The position numbers and the translations under genes were made by a program. Source: Lingula anatina (lineage: Eukaryota; Animalia; Brachiopoda). From it: 64,000 nt of DNA. The stretch spans positions 3,472,001 to 3,536,000 of the forward strand of contig CM120645.1 of assembly GCA_051362555.1 (NCBI GenBank). The letters run 5' to 3'. Below, piece by piece: positions 39,802 to 53,014 of the stretch. The first letter of the stretch is position 1. Each line of letters begins with the position of its first letter. The notes under the pieces are model-generated. The model did no database searches, was not told where the DNA came from, and saw only the letters and a program-made list of their open reading frames with translations.

Positions 39802-41342
39802 TTAGATCATCGCTCCACACGACCATCTGGAATATTAATTTCTCTTTGTTTCAATATGTCAAATTTTATTGACTCAAATTTTACTGATGATCAAAATATT
39901 GTCAGTTTCTTTTAGTTTTATGGTGAATGCATACTAGTAAACTCTAATACAACCCTAATAAAAATAAATAACAAGTGTAATGTTAGTAATTGATAGCCAC
40001 GAGTGAATAAGGAGCGAGGATTTTTTGTAGAGTAACTGAGTTGATTGACATGTCCTCATTATACTTAAGCAGTGGGATCTAATGTAAATGGGGAGAAGGC
40101 CACTATAGATTGGCAGAGGTAGAAAAAGAAATGAATAATAGCGGATCAGTAATCAACTTTTTTTCCGACTTTTTTTAGCCCATATAAGGTACTTCTCGAC
40201 TTCACATAATGATCTGTTGTCTGCGAAAATATCAACTGTTCTTCATTCTCATTTTCTCGTTTTTCTTCATCTTTTTAACTGAATATTCATGGGCAAAGTT
40301 TGCAACGAAGCCCTGATATTCGTTGCCAGATTCGTTGCCACTCGTTTTTTATGTACGGTCAAGTACGTGTCCCAAGAGTATCTAACGTGCGTTTATGCGT
40401 CATTTGAAGTTGAACCCTGTGATAGGTATCTAAAATCTTGATCTAACCAAGGCCCAAGAGCGTGCAATTATGTAAGCATGCATGCACGTGCGAGGCAGGT
40501 GACGCGCAGCGTTTTACCGATATCATTAAAAAGTTCTTTCTTGTCCACCGCCACCTGTCAAAAATAGGTGAATAAAAAACACACGCACAAGCAGAAGTAT
40601 AAACATAGTTACTTACCATATTTTTACAATGCGGTCTCTCTAGGCCTCTTGAAGTTTGGCCACGCGAGCAAATTCCACGTTTACTCCTCCCTGTCCACAA
40701 AGGGGACTCAAGTGACAGAGAACCAGTCACACCACTGCATGCAGAGAGGGAGAACTGTTCTTATGTCAGTTGCAACAAGTAGACGGGTTTTTATAACAAG
40801 ATTACCATAGATGTTGTGACGTAGCTGATAACATATGTACAGCCGAAAAGTGGTTGCCATGCAAGAAGCTGATTGGAGGACCGGATCTATGGACCCCAAA
40901 AGCCGACAGAAGCCATTGTTCGTTCCCCCTCAGTACAGTAGCAAAATTAGAAAAAAAAAAAGTGTCGAGAAGTCATTATCAGATAGCTTCATATGAAGCC
41001 AGTTTTTTCCCAACAATATTTAGAAAGGATGCACACCATTGTTTTTTTCTATCTGATTTATTTTATAATGTGTACCCCCTGCAGTAGGGTGAGGCTTCGC
41101 AGTATTTGTTTTGTTACAATTCAATGGAAAATAATCATGGAAAGTATATGATATCTGAATTCGTATATCTACCGTATTTGATGCAGCGTATGCACTTGAG
41201 CATAATTTAATTTTAATTTCATTGTCTTTTGTTCATTCTCGTCACATTAAATTTCCACGCCAAATCAAAAGTTTTTCGAAAAAAAGAAAAGATTTTCCCA
41301 CTCGCGAATCATTGTTCAATCCCTTCCTGCAACTCCTGGGTA

Positions 41343-41376
<34 letters not shown>

Positions 41377-41671
41377 ATTCTAATTGAAGGATCATGATTT
41401 AGTTCTACATTACTAGCCAGTTATATACATGGATACCCCAGTATATTTAAACCGCCATGTTTTAATTTAACATTTCAGGAGATCAGCCCTGAGGTAAATA
41501 AAGCATTTAATTAATTAACTTGATCGCACATTATTTGAATAATGCTATAATGCAATACATCTCTTTTATCTTTCCGACAATATTGCTTGAATCGTGAACA
41601 ATTTGTGTCGATCACGGCTCAGAGTTCGTTGTGTAAATGGAACTAGAAGCAGGTTACATAAGAATTATTTA

Positions 41672-41936
41672 TCATGTGTTGCTGTTGCTGTCTCTGTTGT
41701 CTCTGTGATAAAGTTCTTGCTCAGTTGAAACTTTTTCCTTGGGATAAATGAAGTAAAGCCCGACTAGGGTACCGTTCAGAATAACACCAATTAGGTACGT
41801 AATCTGGAAAAAATAAGAAAATAAATTTAAGTGATTATGTAAACATCGAAATCAAACGCCTTTGCATTTAACATTGTTTACTAAGAAAGATAAAACTATA
41901 AAAGAACGATTATACGGTCAGAAGAATTGTTCAGGC

Positions 41937-41974
<38 letters not shown>

Positions 41975-44146
41975 CGATCGGCCTTCCGAATACTGAAGGT
42001 CGTGAATGTGTGACCTCCTACACGTCAACTTAAATGTCCATTCAGTTATTCTCTATAACTTTAATCTATCCATCTTTTCATATCCAAACACACATCATTA
42101 TTTATTTATTTATTTGTTACCTCCGCCAGGGATGTTATATTTTCACCTCCATTTGCCTGCCACCAGACTTGCATAAAAATTTATTGACTTTTTTTTTTTT
42201 TTTTTTGGCTAACTTAAAAGTGATTAGATTTTGATGATGATCCATAAGTTAATTAATGGTTAATGAATAGTTAATTATTTGTCTTTGCGGAGTTCTGCGT
42301 TCTCTGAGTGCTTTTCTATAGTTCCATTTATCCATTACCTGTAGAGCCATATCCTCGGCCAGAATCCCGTAGAGCAGCCACTCCAGAGAGACCAAGAGAC
42401 TCAGGCAGGACTGAGAGAAGGAGGAGAGACAGGCCGTGCTCTTACTTGTTATCACCTCCATCTGAATTCAAGTAAAAATATATATATATAACATATTACT
42501 CTCCTTCGCTTATTTTCATTGCTTTTGCCGCTACACACCATTTTATTTAATTCAACTTTAAATTGGTTTGGTGTTTCAACCTGAAATGACTTAAATCTGG
42601 AATTTTTTAATGAGAAAAAACTTTCCACATTTTTGCTAAAAATAGGGATTTTTACCACATATTTTAGACCTCAAATGCTTACCATGGAAATGAAGGGCGA
42701 GGCATCAGCTAAAATGCTTGTCGCCACGCAGGCGCTACCTGAGTAGAAGACTTGGAGCTTCAAAGTAATGGCGTAGTGCCTGTAGTATGTCCATGCTAGA
42801 AGACACACTATCACTGTAGATAGTATTTGTTTTTGCACTAAATCCTGAAATAGAATACCTGTGACATTGTAAGACACGTTAAATTCAAGGCAGAGAAAGA
42901 AAGCAAGGGAGTAGGTTACTGGTATTAATTAACAGTAACAGTATCATTGTGTCATAGACATGGATCACATTGAATTTTTTAAAGAATTTAGAACGGCCCA
43001 CATACAAATAGTCTGACTGATGAAGGCTTGCCTAGCTCTTTCCCTACTTTGAGATAAGAAGAAGGTTACTGTAATAGTCTCAAGGATTATAGCTAAATAG
43101 TCTACGTGATTTCTAAACTAACATATATATACATGTATATCAGGTAATTAAAATTTTCATGTACTCACCGTGCTATGTGTATAAACATAATATACAGTTA
43201 TATATACGCTCTGGCATATCAGGCCCCAAATATACACAGCCACCATTAGGCGGTCGTTGGTCAACTTGCCGTAAAACATCCAGGAGAGCGTGCTGGGATA
43301 AATAAATAAATAAATAAATAGTTAGATAATAAAAATAGCTTTATAGGCACGAAAACAACCCCTTCTTTTTCAGCATCGATCGTCCCCTTGTTTTATTTCT
43401 GCAGGCAAAAAGTGTTATCGTTAAAAGCATCATTAATATGAAATGTTTTGATTGATTGTTTATGAGGCCAGGTACTTTTATTTTAGGGGTTTTATTTTAG
43501 AGGTATTAAATAAAAATCTATCCCTCATAAGCTAAAAAGTTAACTAACTTGACGTAAACAGCTAACATTGGCAAGAAGGCACAGTCTTGTGTCGATCTTG
43601 TTTTCATGATCTTCCAACATGTTAATCTGAAAAGAGACAATAAAATCATGAAGAGGTACAATGTGCATTTACTTGAGCAAGGATATAAACATGAAGTAAT
43701 TTATGACTCTCCGCAACTAAAAAAATTCTACGAAGATTCTGTATCTTTTTTTATCTTACTCGCTATTCAATAAAACAAAACTGTGCAAGGTGTGCGTTCC
43801 TTTTTTTTTTTAGCTGAACGAAAAGAACTTCGCTTTCAATCTTATCTGAATGGCATTTGTGTTATATGTATGAAATGCATTTATAATATAGCACTTACGC
43901 TCCAGTAAGAAACAATACAAAGGTACATATCGCCACGAGCCAAGCGACAAGCATAAAGAGAACGTCCCCTTCAGATTCTGGGGCCGTGACAAGACTGTCT
44001 CCCGCAGCTCCCCCTGGTGGGAGTTCAAGTTGATGGTCGTACAGCGCAGTAGGGTCGTTTTTAAAGGCGGTGTCTTGCACGTGCGCGTCTCGTGGTTGTC
44101 TCACGTGATTATGCGTCGCCAAAGAATCGTTACTATTGATATTACC
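41672..44146 (-). CDS. SLC50A1: SWEET1/SLC50A1-family (MtN3/saliva) sugar transporter, divergent
   Basis: Exons 44146(or ATG 43954)-43899, 43626-43549 (78 nt), 43292-43169 (124 nt), 42844-42683 (162 nt), 42461-42339 (123 nt), 41803-41672. Motifs IMKTRSTQDCAFLPML, LSWMFYG, ASPF, VITSKSTACLS, WLLYGIL and LYFIYP give two MtN3 repeats. The true start is uncertain. Confidence 0.9.
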
Positions 44147-44286
44147 CTGAAATCAATAATAAAGAATAATGAGACTTAGGCGGGATATCGAGTGAAAAAT
44201 CAACGAAATACCTTTATGGCAGGTGCGAATCGAACATTATAGATTGGCTACGAGAAGCACACGCGAGTGTGGGCGTGGGGTGGGGG

Positions 44287-44448
44287 CAGGGCCGTAGCCT
44301 CCGGGGGGGCAGGGGGGGCAGCTGCCCCCCCTGGGATTTAGAATTTTCCACACTGGTTGGGGGACACCCCCTCCCCCCTCGGGGGCTTCGCCCCCTCGTG
44401 TCCGCTTACTGCCCCCCCCCCTGGCATATTGCTCAGGCTACGGCCCTG
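44287..44448. mobile_element. GC-rich MITE with 14-bp perfect TIRs (hAT-like CAGGG...CCCTG termini)
   Basis: CAGGGCCGTAGCCT ... AGGCTACGGCCCTG; TSD obscured by flanking G-runs. Confidence 0.75.
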
Positions 44449-44544
44449 GGGGGGCTTCCGTTTCTTATAATTCATGAAAATGCCTAGTATTTTAAAGAAA
44501 CGGTATTAGATATGCTGTACCCGGTTCCAGCTCACCGCACTCCC

Positions 44545-44585
<41 letters not shown>

Positions 44586-46594
44586 TCACATTGCCCTTAC
44601 CACTGGAGGTTACAATAAAAGGGCGGTCGGCCTCATTACATCTTGACAGAGTATTACAGAAGGGGGATACTGCCCCCCTTCTCCAGCCCTGCTCACCGTT
44701 CATTTTCTCCTAATGCGCGTGAGTATCCAGGGATATCTCCGGTCAAGAAATGATCCCTGTGAGTTTCAAGTCCGGTTTGACTGGCGGATCCAGTATTTGG
44801 GGAAGAAGAGGGTCAGGGGCACTACGATAGATTTATCCGTACTGTTAGCTGTTAATGGGGGGGGGGGGGGTGTACTTAAATAGGATAGATTAACTTGCCT
44901 TGAAAGATTCTGTTAAGATTTGAGGTTTGCTAAACATATAGTCAAAGTTTGAGAAGAATTTCACTTATTCTAACCCGTAAAATAACCAGAGAGTATATAC
45001 ATATACGTAGCCTACCTGCGAGTGACTCCCATTCAGTCCAGCCATGTTACTGAGCCAGTGCGTTCCCCTTTACTGAACTGCACTGGTTTAATACTAGGCG
45101 CTGCCTCGTCGTGTATTGTTGAATACCATTGAATATATCCCTTTTTTATGGTTCAGTAAAAATGTATTGTTAACCCATTGAGTGAAAACATAACGTGCAC
45201 ACACACACACACCAGATATTAGTGCACCAATCTGAGCAGCAATTGCTGTATTATCTGCACTGTATTTTTTTTCACAGAAACTACACTGTAGTTTTCCTCG
45301 CAGGCATTGAAGTGATTAATTATTCAGTGTGATAACGGTATGTCGAGATAGAATTATATAGACTCTCAATTTTATATTGACTTACCGTAAGCCTAATGTC
45401 ATTTTGTACTAGGCCTACTGGAATTTGGCCGTATTCTGTAAAATGATCTATAATATACCTTCGGGCAACGGTAAGTACCGGTATATATATGTTTTAGTGG
45501 CATATATATTTTTATGGGACCTGCTCGACAGAGAGACATTTTAGTACTGCTAGTCTACCAAATTTAATACTTGCCTATTACTGCCTATTGCTATGTGGTA
45601 AATTTACTTTACCATACTAGTAAAACTGTATAAATAGGGGCAAATGTTTATCCAGAGAATATTATATCACGTGGGTAACATAAAATTGACAAATAATGAA
45701 TTTGTAATATTATTCATTTATTCATTATATTTGGGCAAAGTCGACGTCAAACTAAGCTGTATGTCTCTCTGTGGTATGCTCGTTGGTATATGGTATATGG
45801 TATATGTATGTGTGATGTGTGAGTAACTTGAATATCAAAGAACTTTCGGTGACTTCGACACACACACACACACGCGCGCATTGCACCTGAAATATCACAG
45901 CCAGTTCTCTGACACTCAGGGCTTAGTCTCTTCTACATTGCCCACAACATAGGCCCCCCCTACCACCCCATCTCCTCCTCCAACCTGCCCCTTGGAACCC
46001 CTTGCTGTAGAAATAGAAAAACGAAACGGGATAGGTTTATTTCAGTCCCAAGTAGCAAGGAGTCTAATGGAACAGTGCCTTCAAAAGAAAGTACTTGGTC
46101 TACTCTTTAAAGCTACAATCAGCCTACATTGTAAGCTTTTCTGTCAAGCTGGATATAATATTTTTTATGCCATGATTAACATTTTGAAGCGAACCAGTTC
46201 GTGGGAATATTAATATGTGGCTGCATTTATGTCTGACCCAAAAAGTGCATCTACAGGCGATGATATTTTTTATTGAACGGTTGTAATATTTTATGACTAG
46301 AATAAATACTAATATACCTTTGCATTTCGAAAAATGCACTTATTATTTCTGGTCGATTAATTAGCCGAAACATAGCCTGTTCATCAACAGATGGGCATCC
46401 TCTCTCTCTTTTCCTTTTCCCGTTTGTTTTTAACATATAAGGAAACAACTAGCTTGAACTTCCCCATATATGCAAATTGTCTTTATACAAACTGACCAAT
46501 CTCATAGTGACCTTTTGTTTTCACTGTCTATTTCAAAATGTATAGGCCTAGTGAGAGAACCCCCGCCCCGCAGTTTTGTCAGCTGTGAATGTAG

Positions 46595-46669
46595 CTTCTT
46601 TTGCCGCATCCACGCATCTGCCCTCTATTGGATAATTTTGTAACCTCTTCGGCCATATTTAAATCAGAG
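46595..46669 (+). promoter_or_regulatory. Candidate non-coding first exon of RPL29 with a 5'-TOP-like pyrimidine tract
   Basis: CTTCTTTTGCC... ending in AATCAGAG|GTAGGC donor. TOP starts are typical of ribosomal-protein genes; the TSS is not demonstrated. Confidence 0.35.
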
Positions 46670-47351
46670 GTAGGCAGGGTTCTTAGAGCCTGATACAAAT
46701 CCACTGATATCTTGCATTTGACAAAACATCCACAATTCCTGCACACTCAGATATAACCGTGTAGCATTTTACCGTATATTTTAATTTGCAGAAAATCTAC
46801 AAGCATCTCCATAAGTTTGTATTGTACTATCTACGAAAACTGTCTTAAAACATAGATACAGATGTGGCTTTTTTTACTCACCTCTTGATGCACGAGCCGC
46901 ACATTGCCAAAAGTCAAGCAATTTTTACTTCTTTTAAGATACGTTTTGGCAAAATCAAACGGTCCGTTTGAAATCCCTACACCTCTGCTCTTGTCACCTT
47001 ATCCACTGTTAGAAGCATGCATAATTTCTAACAACGATTCAACTCCATTCTTATTCATTTAGTTACATGTAATATAGAGGGTGCGAATAGGAGTGTGAGA
47101 GGCAAAATACGTGGACTAAAAATTGTATATAGAACAAGGGGGCATCTTAGTCTGCTACACTACAGCCTGAGTGTCTGACTTTCTGTCTGAGCTATTTAGA
47201 TGGACAAGACCATTCAATCCAATAAATCACATCCAAAAACACTCATCATTTTACAGGTACTGAAACTTATAGCAATGACTCAGCTTTTAACATCAGTTTT
47301 TCATTCTTTTCCCCCCTAGATATCTGGGGCCCTGTTGACAAACATCCCAAC

Positions 47352-48724
47352 ATGGCAAAGTCAAAGAACCACACCGCTCACAACCAAGGTAAGTAGACTC
47401 GTGTAGAAAACAAGTCCTGTACCAGTCTCTTTAAGCTATGCTAATAGAACAGCTAATAGTACAAGTTGTATTAAAATGCACAGTGGCCCTAAATGCAGAG
47501 ATGAGATTTTTCCATCTTATCAGCATATGTCTGACTTTTTGGGACCCAAAAGTCTCATTGGGCTAGTTGGCTTCCCAGACCCCATGTCATATTTTTCTGA
47601 CATTTCACTAAATGTCCTGTATGTGTCCAATTACAGTCAAACTGAAGTCGGGCCAGTAAAATTTTGTTCATTAAATTTTTGCGACTGTTTCTGCTGTGAT
47701 TCTTAGCCCTAAAGTGACGCCAGGTTAAAAAGGATTTGGTACAGGCTGGATCTATTGTATCCATGTCAATAATTAGAAAGAAAGAAATATGGGCCATTGA
47801 TATAGTAGACTGATATTGTTGTAATTTTTTCACTCATTTATTCTCAAGTGTACCAAACACAGTTGTAAGATAAATATTATTATAAATTTATGTGAAAGAT
47901 CATATTAATTATTAGCAATCAGAATGTTGCTTTAAATATGGTGATAATGATAATATTTCTAAAGAAGTTATGTATTTTATTTGCAGAGCGAAAAGATAGA
48001 CGTAACAAGATCAAGAAGCCTAGTCGCCAGAGATACCCATCTCTTAAAGGGGTAAAGTGCTTTAAAATCACTATTTCATACTTAAATACCAATATAATAT
48101 CCAAAAGTGTTGACAGAATAATGATCCATAAACCTGTTTTTGTGTTATGAGTTTCTATTTTTTGAGTTGCTTTCTCAGTGGAGTAGTCTGGTGAATTAGT
48201 GTTGTAGCAGTGAAAATGGGACTTTAGACCTGGAAAACAGGGTTAATAATAGTAATAGTCTTAGTGTTCTAGATTGGGTATATTGAAATTTCCAGGACAA
48301 AATCATAAAGGTTTAAGGACATTGTATGCCTTTTAAGGGATTTGTTAAGTTGGCACTCAAAGCAATACGACCTGGTTTTTCATCTTGTTTTCTTATTGAT
48401 GCATATGCTTACACATACTTCTGACATTCTTCCGGTTTTTAACTTAAATTGTGATATACCTGACTCTAAACTCACGAGGACAACTTTGAAAAAAATGAAT
48501 AGAATGATATAGTTTTAAAAGGACGGGTGGAAGTAGACTTGAAATTAAAATGAACAGTATATTACTTAAATATGAATTCTCAAACAATCACAAATATTTG
48601 GTGATATAAAAACAGAGGAATCAAAGGGTTGTTTGTTCTCATTTTCCAGGTTGATCCAAAGTTTCTGAAGAACATGCATTTTGCCAAGAAACACAACGTG
48701 AAGCACCCCAAGCCCAAGGCATAG
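47352..48724 (+). CDS. RPL29: 60S ribosomal protein L29 (eL29), 58 aa
   Basis: Exons 47352-47388, 47987-48051, 48650-48724 give [64 protein letters not shown] at 48915. Confidence 0.95.
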
Positions 48725-49627
48725 ACCACCCCATAGACTGTAATATAAAGACACTGTACAAATGGGACTTGTTATAATCTGTGAGGCGAAGGACTTTGAC
48801 GATCTGGTAACATCAGTGTACTGTTCCACTGTGTATGTAGAGATACACATAAATGGATACACATCAAGATTGCCATTGTTCGAAGAAATTTGAAAGGCAA
48901 AGAAAAAAAAACTGAATAAATGGTTCTAAGTGTAACAACCTGAACTGTTTCCTGTTATTTGGTGTGTAAGTTATGTGTAGCCCTAATACACTTAAGTGTT
49001 ACTTACGGGATACCCTGGAGAAGGGGCTGGGTGGGGTGTTGGGGGGGGGGGGTAACAAAAGACGTTTAGACCAAAAGTTGGTGTAAATGTAGAACAAGAA
49101 TTTAGTCGGTAGTGGTTGAATTAAATGAAATTTGGCAACTTTTTAATATTTTTCAAAAAGTGGCTAATGCTTTAGTGGACCAGTGCATGTTTAGTCTAAA
49201 TGTGGCAACCAACTCTTTAAGTCCAAGTTAATTTGTTTGAGAATCCTGGGAGGTTATAATTATTCAATTATCAAATTTGGGACAATTCCGTGGTAGTGTC
49301 TTTCTTTACTTATACTCATTGACGTGTCCTATATTTAACATTGACATTCAGAAGAACTACAAGTACCACAGAATTTCCTAGGGTAATTTCCTGAGCATTG
49401 ATGAGATCTGGATCTAATAGAACCTGTGGCAGAAATAGCCTCACTTTGCATAATATCAGAAGAAAATTTAATCTGCGACCTTCTGACGTGCTCGATGTGG
49501 CTGCGCCATCAGAAAAAAAAAAAATGATTTTGATACTGTAGCAGCTTAAACTGATGGTAGCTTTACCATGTCACATACTGTGATAAAGGTAAATGATGGG
49601 CATGTTTGAAAATGTCCAAAAGACTTG

Positions 49628-49853
49628 TTTTTGTGTCTATCCTGCAAAGCTAATTATTTTGCCCAATTCAAACCTCAAAAATGAAAAAATACACACAAAT
49701 TTTAGTTCCTGATATCTGCAATTTCCCTTCTGAAATGTCAGTTTTTGTGTCCATCCTGCAAAGCTACTTATCTGTTTGCCAAATTCATGCCTTAAAAATG
49801 TAAAAAAGAAATTCAGAAGTTCCTGATGTCAGCAATTTCCTTTTGAAATGTCA
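49628..49853. repeat. Two-copy ~113-bp tandem duplication
   Basis: TTTTTGTGTC.ATCCTGCAAAGCTA...GTTCCTGAT.TC.GCAATTTCC.T.TGAAATGTCAG occurs twice. Confidence 0.8.
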
Positions 49854-52448
49854 GGCAGGCTATGGTGGTCAAAATGCCTGATCAGCCATTTTAAACTGAT
49901 CTTTTAGAACTTGTAACCTCAAATCCAAGTACTAGTAGAGAAGTGGGTCCAGCAATGATTCTCTTGCGGAAGATTACTGTTATTTTCTTGAAGAAAATTA
50001 GATTTGGAGGGAAAATTTGGTATAGCTTAGTGTTAATTGTCATCTGAGCCAGTATTGTTTTGAACAGGTATGCTGAACTGAGGAAAACACAGACTTGATT
50101 TCAACATTTCTTGGAATAATTGAGGAATGTGTTGTAGCATATCGTGGAACCTAACTGGTTGTGACCCAAGGAAGATTGCTTGCCAATTGTGGTAGTTGGG
50201 ATGGTACTCCATGCACAATGGGATGTGATTTGACCATAAAGCCTTTAAAAAAAATGCAAGCTTGCTTCATTTGTGTGGGAGTTTGAGGAGGGGGAGGTGG
50301 GATGAGTTGGCATTTTTAGAGTGATTCAAAGTGAAATAAAGAAATTTGACAAATTTACTACTAGTACATAAAACTATTGAAAAGGAATTCGGTTATGTTC
50401 TTGTTATATTTGTACTAAAAAAAAAAAAAAAAATCCTGGTCTAGCTACTGAAAAAGATTGGCTGTCAATTAAGACTTTAACTGTTAATTGATATAAAAGT
50501 TACTTATATTAGTTTCCAAGTAATCTTACATTGTGTGAAATAATTTAAATAGATAATAGATTTGTCAGAAAACGAAGCAGACCTGTATATAATACATCTT
50601 AATGGCACTTCCCTTGGGCATTTACACCTTTTATATCCCACGTCATTCAAATAAAAAATGTAAATAGCCTGATCATTTCTCGTTACTACAATACTTGGAA
50701 AGCAATGTCTCCTATTTGAACTCACATGGATTACTCGTTATCCTAAAAAGTCTGTCAAGGACAAAATTTTCCAGTTGGACTTTTTTTTCCTTCGTAGTCT
50801 GAATTTAAGTCTTTTACTAGACTTTTGCCAAAATCAAGCCTTTACTTTTGATAAAAGTGTTCTACCTTTTTCATAACTTCTGCTCCATTGTCCCTTTTCC
50901 CTAGGAAAAAAAAGATTGAGTATATTTATTTATTTATTTATTGCTTTTAGCTCAACTGCCCATGAATACCTTAAAAGGATGTCTTTACTGTAGCTTTTTT
51001 CTATATATACTGGCTGCTTCCCATATGTTCTGTGTGATAATGGCAGATCATCAGTTTTCCATGTTATACAGAGGGTATATTTTCTGCATGCCAATCATCC
51101 TCTTGAGATTTAATATAGATTATGATATATGAGCCTGATTTGATTTATTTCTTATCTTCATTAGCTGTTATATACCAAAATTATTCAGTCTTTTCAGTGG
51201 GGAAAATTTGTGTATTTTACAGATACTGTCTTTTTTAAGTGATAAATTCTTAAAAGTAGGACATTTCTGTTGAGTTGTAGCAACAAGACTGAAAAGCAGG
51301 CTACCTTATAGTTCTATTCTAAACAGTAAAAAACACAATGTTACAGAGAAATATATTTTTATTAATTTTCAAAATGATGTATCTGAAAGATTGATAATTC
51401 GATAATTTTTCTCTATTTAAAAAAGTCAACACTGTAGTTGATATACATTTTTCCTGAAGTATTTCGCAGCGGATGTCGAGCACAAAAGATCCTGATGTAG
51501 CATTCCTCGCATACGCATGTCATGCATGAATGCGAGTTGTTCCAAACCCAAGTCTATTGTCCTCTATCTTGACACTAAAGCATAAGCCAGCATATGGAAA
51601 CCCCAAACAGTGTTTTGCAATGATGTTTTGATCACATTCGCCTTCTGGATCGTGCTGCATCTGTAAAGTTATACCATGGTCGGTATTTGGAACAAAAGCC
51701 CCAAGACGTGGTGTATCTTGCATGCGTACAAGTCTCACTTGAAAGTCAGCCGCTCCTTCTTTTTGTCATTTGGTGTTGACATCACCATAGGTATATATTA
51801 CATATAGTTTTCGGATGAGTGACTCAGTGTGTATTTCAATATTAAGTGAAGTTAACTCCTTCTGAAACACCTACACACATTTCTTATATGACATTGTGTA
51901 AGGAAATAATCTCTGTTTGCCATCTTTTTGTCATCTGCTAAAGTAACTGGCCTGCACTTGTATCCTGTGCATGTTCTAAATATTACAGAAGTGAAATTTG
52001 TTTAATGTCTTAGCAAGAGAGGTTCATTTGTCTACAAAGAGAAAGTTCAAGAAGTCAAAGTCCTGTTTATAATCTCCAAAGATTTTTTTTAAAATTCAAA
52101 GTGGGGGGGGGGGGGGGGTATAATTTGCATTTAGTATGATTCACACTTTCCACAACTTTATTATTTTAGTGATGCAAAACAATATAATCAGGGTGCTTGT
52201 GGAGTGCCACTTAGGGCCAAATGGGGGCCAACTTCTTCATTTTCACACCTCTGTATGCGCACATCTATTGGATTGATGGAGGTACGTGAAGAAACTCGGG
52301 TTGGTTTACATAGACCACATCACTGTTGTTACTGCCTGTCCTCCAAATTGAATCCATTCTCGATATCAGTACAGTCTTTGTTTCATTTGAACTCAGTGTG
52401 TACGTACTGGGTTAGACTGGGTTTCCACAGATTTAGTGTGATCCATCT

Positions 52449-52620
52449 GGATCGACCTAACTCCCTGGGGGTTCACGCTAAATTGCTGTCAGCTTCCAAG
52501 AGACGAGTGCGCACAAAAATTAATTACCCCCTACAGCTTTTAGTAGGCGGGACAGACATTTAAGCCGGTCAGGCTGACAGCAATCTAGTGAGACTCCCCA
52601 GGGGATAGATCGATCTAAAT
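52449..52620. mobile_element. MITE family A (copy 3)
   Basis: Imperfect TIRs GATCGACCTAACTCCCTGGGGGTTCACGCTAAATTGCTGTCAGC / GCTGACAGCAATCTAGTGAGACTCCCCAGGGGATAGATCGATC. Confidence 0.75.
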
Positions 52621-52838
52621 ATCTGTGGGAATGGTCTCTTAGGCTCTATCTACATGGAGTGGTACAGTTTAGTGACAAATGCCCTCAGCACACATGTACT
52701 GATGTACTTTGAGAGATTCACAACTAAATAGTGTGGCTATTACCTAAGAGAGTCGCCTAATAGAAGCTCCACTCTCGAAACAGCCAATGCATCAAATTCT
52801 GCCAGAACAGTATGAAGCAAACTTGAGATTCTGAGCCA

Positions 52839-53014
52839 ATTCAGAACAGTGCACTAACAGATCTGTGGATCAAATATGACCATGCACTGACTTAAAATAT
52901 TGCCACTTAATTCCCTATTAAACTGAAGAGATTACCCGGCGGGGATCACACAGCAAGCATTCAAGTTGGACGGCCATATTTGATCCGCGAGTCTGTTAGC
53001 GCGCTGTATTGAAT
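52839..53014. mobile_element. MITE with ~43-bp TIRs
   Basis: ATTCAGAACAGTGCACTAACAGATCTGTGGATCAAATATGACC ... GGCCATATTTGATCCGCGAGTCTGTTAGCGCGCTGTATTGAAT. Confidence 0.7.

Noticed and set aside
44506-44703. ORF as the first coding exon of the SWEET gene
   Set aside because: Its donors are phase 1, incompatible with the phase-0 downstream exons; the ORF runs into a (CA)n repeat.
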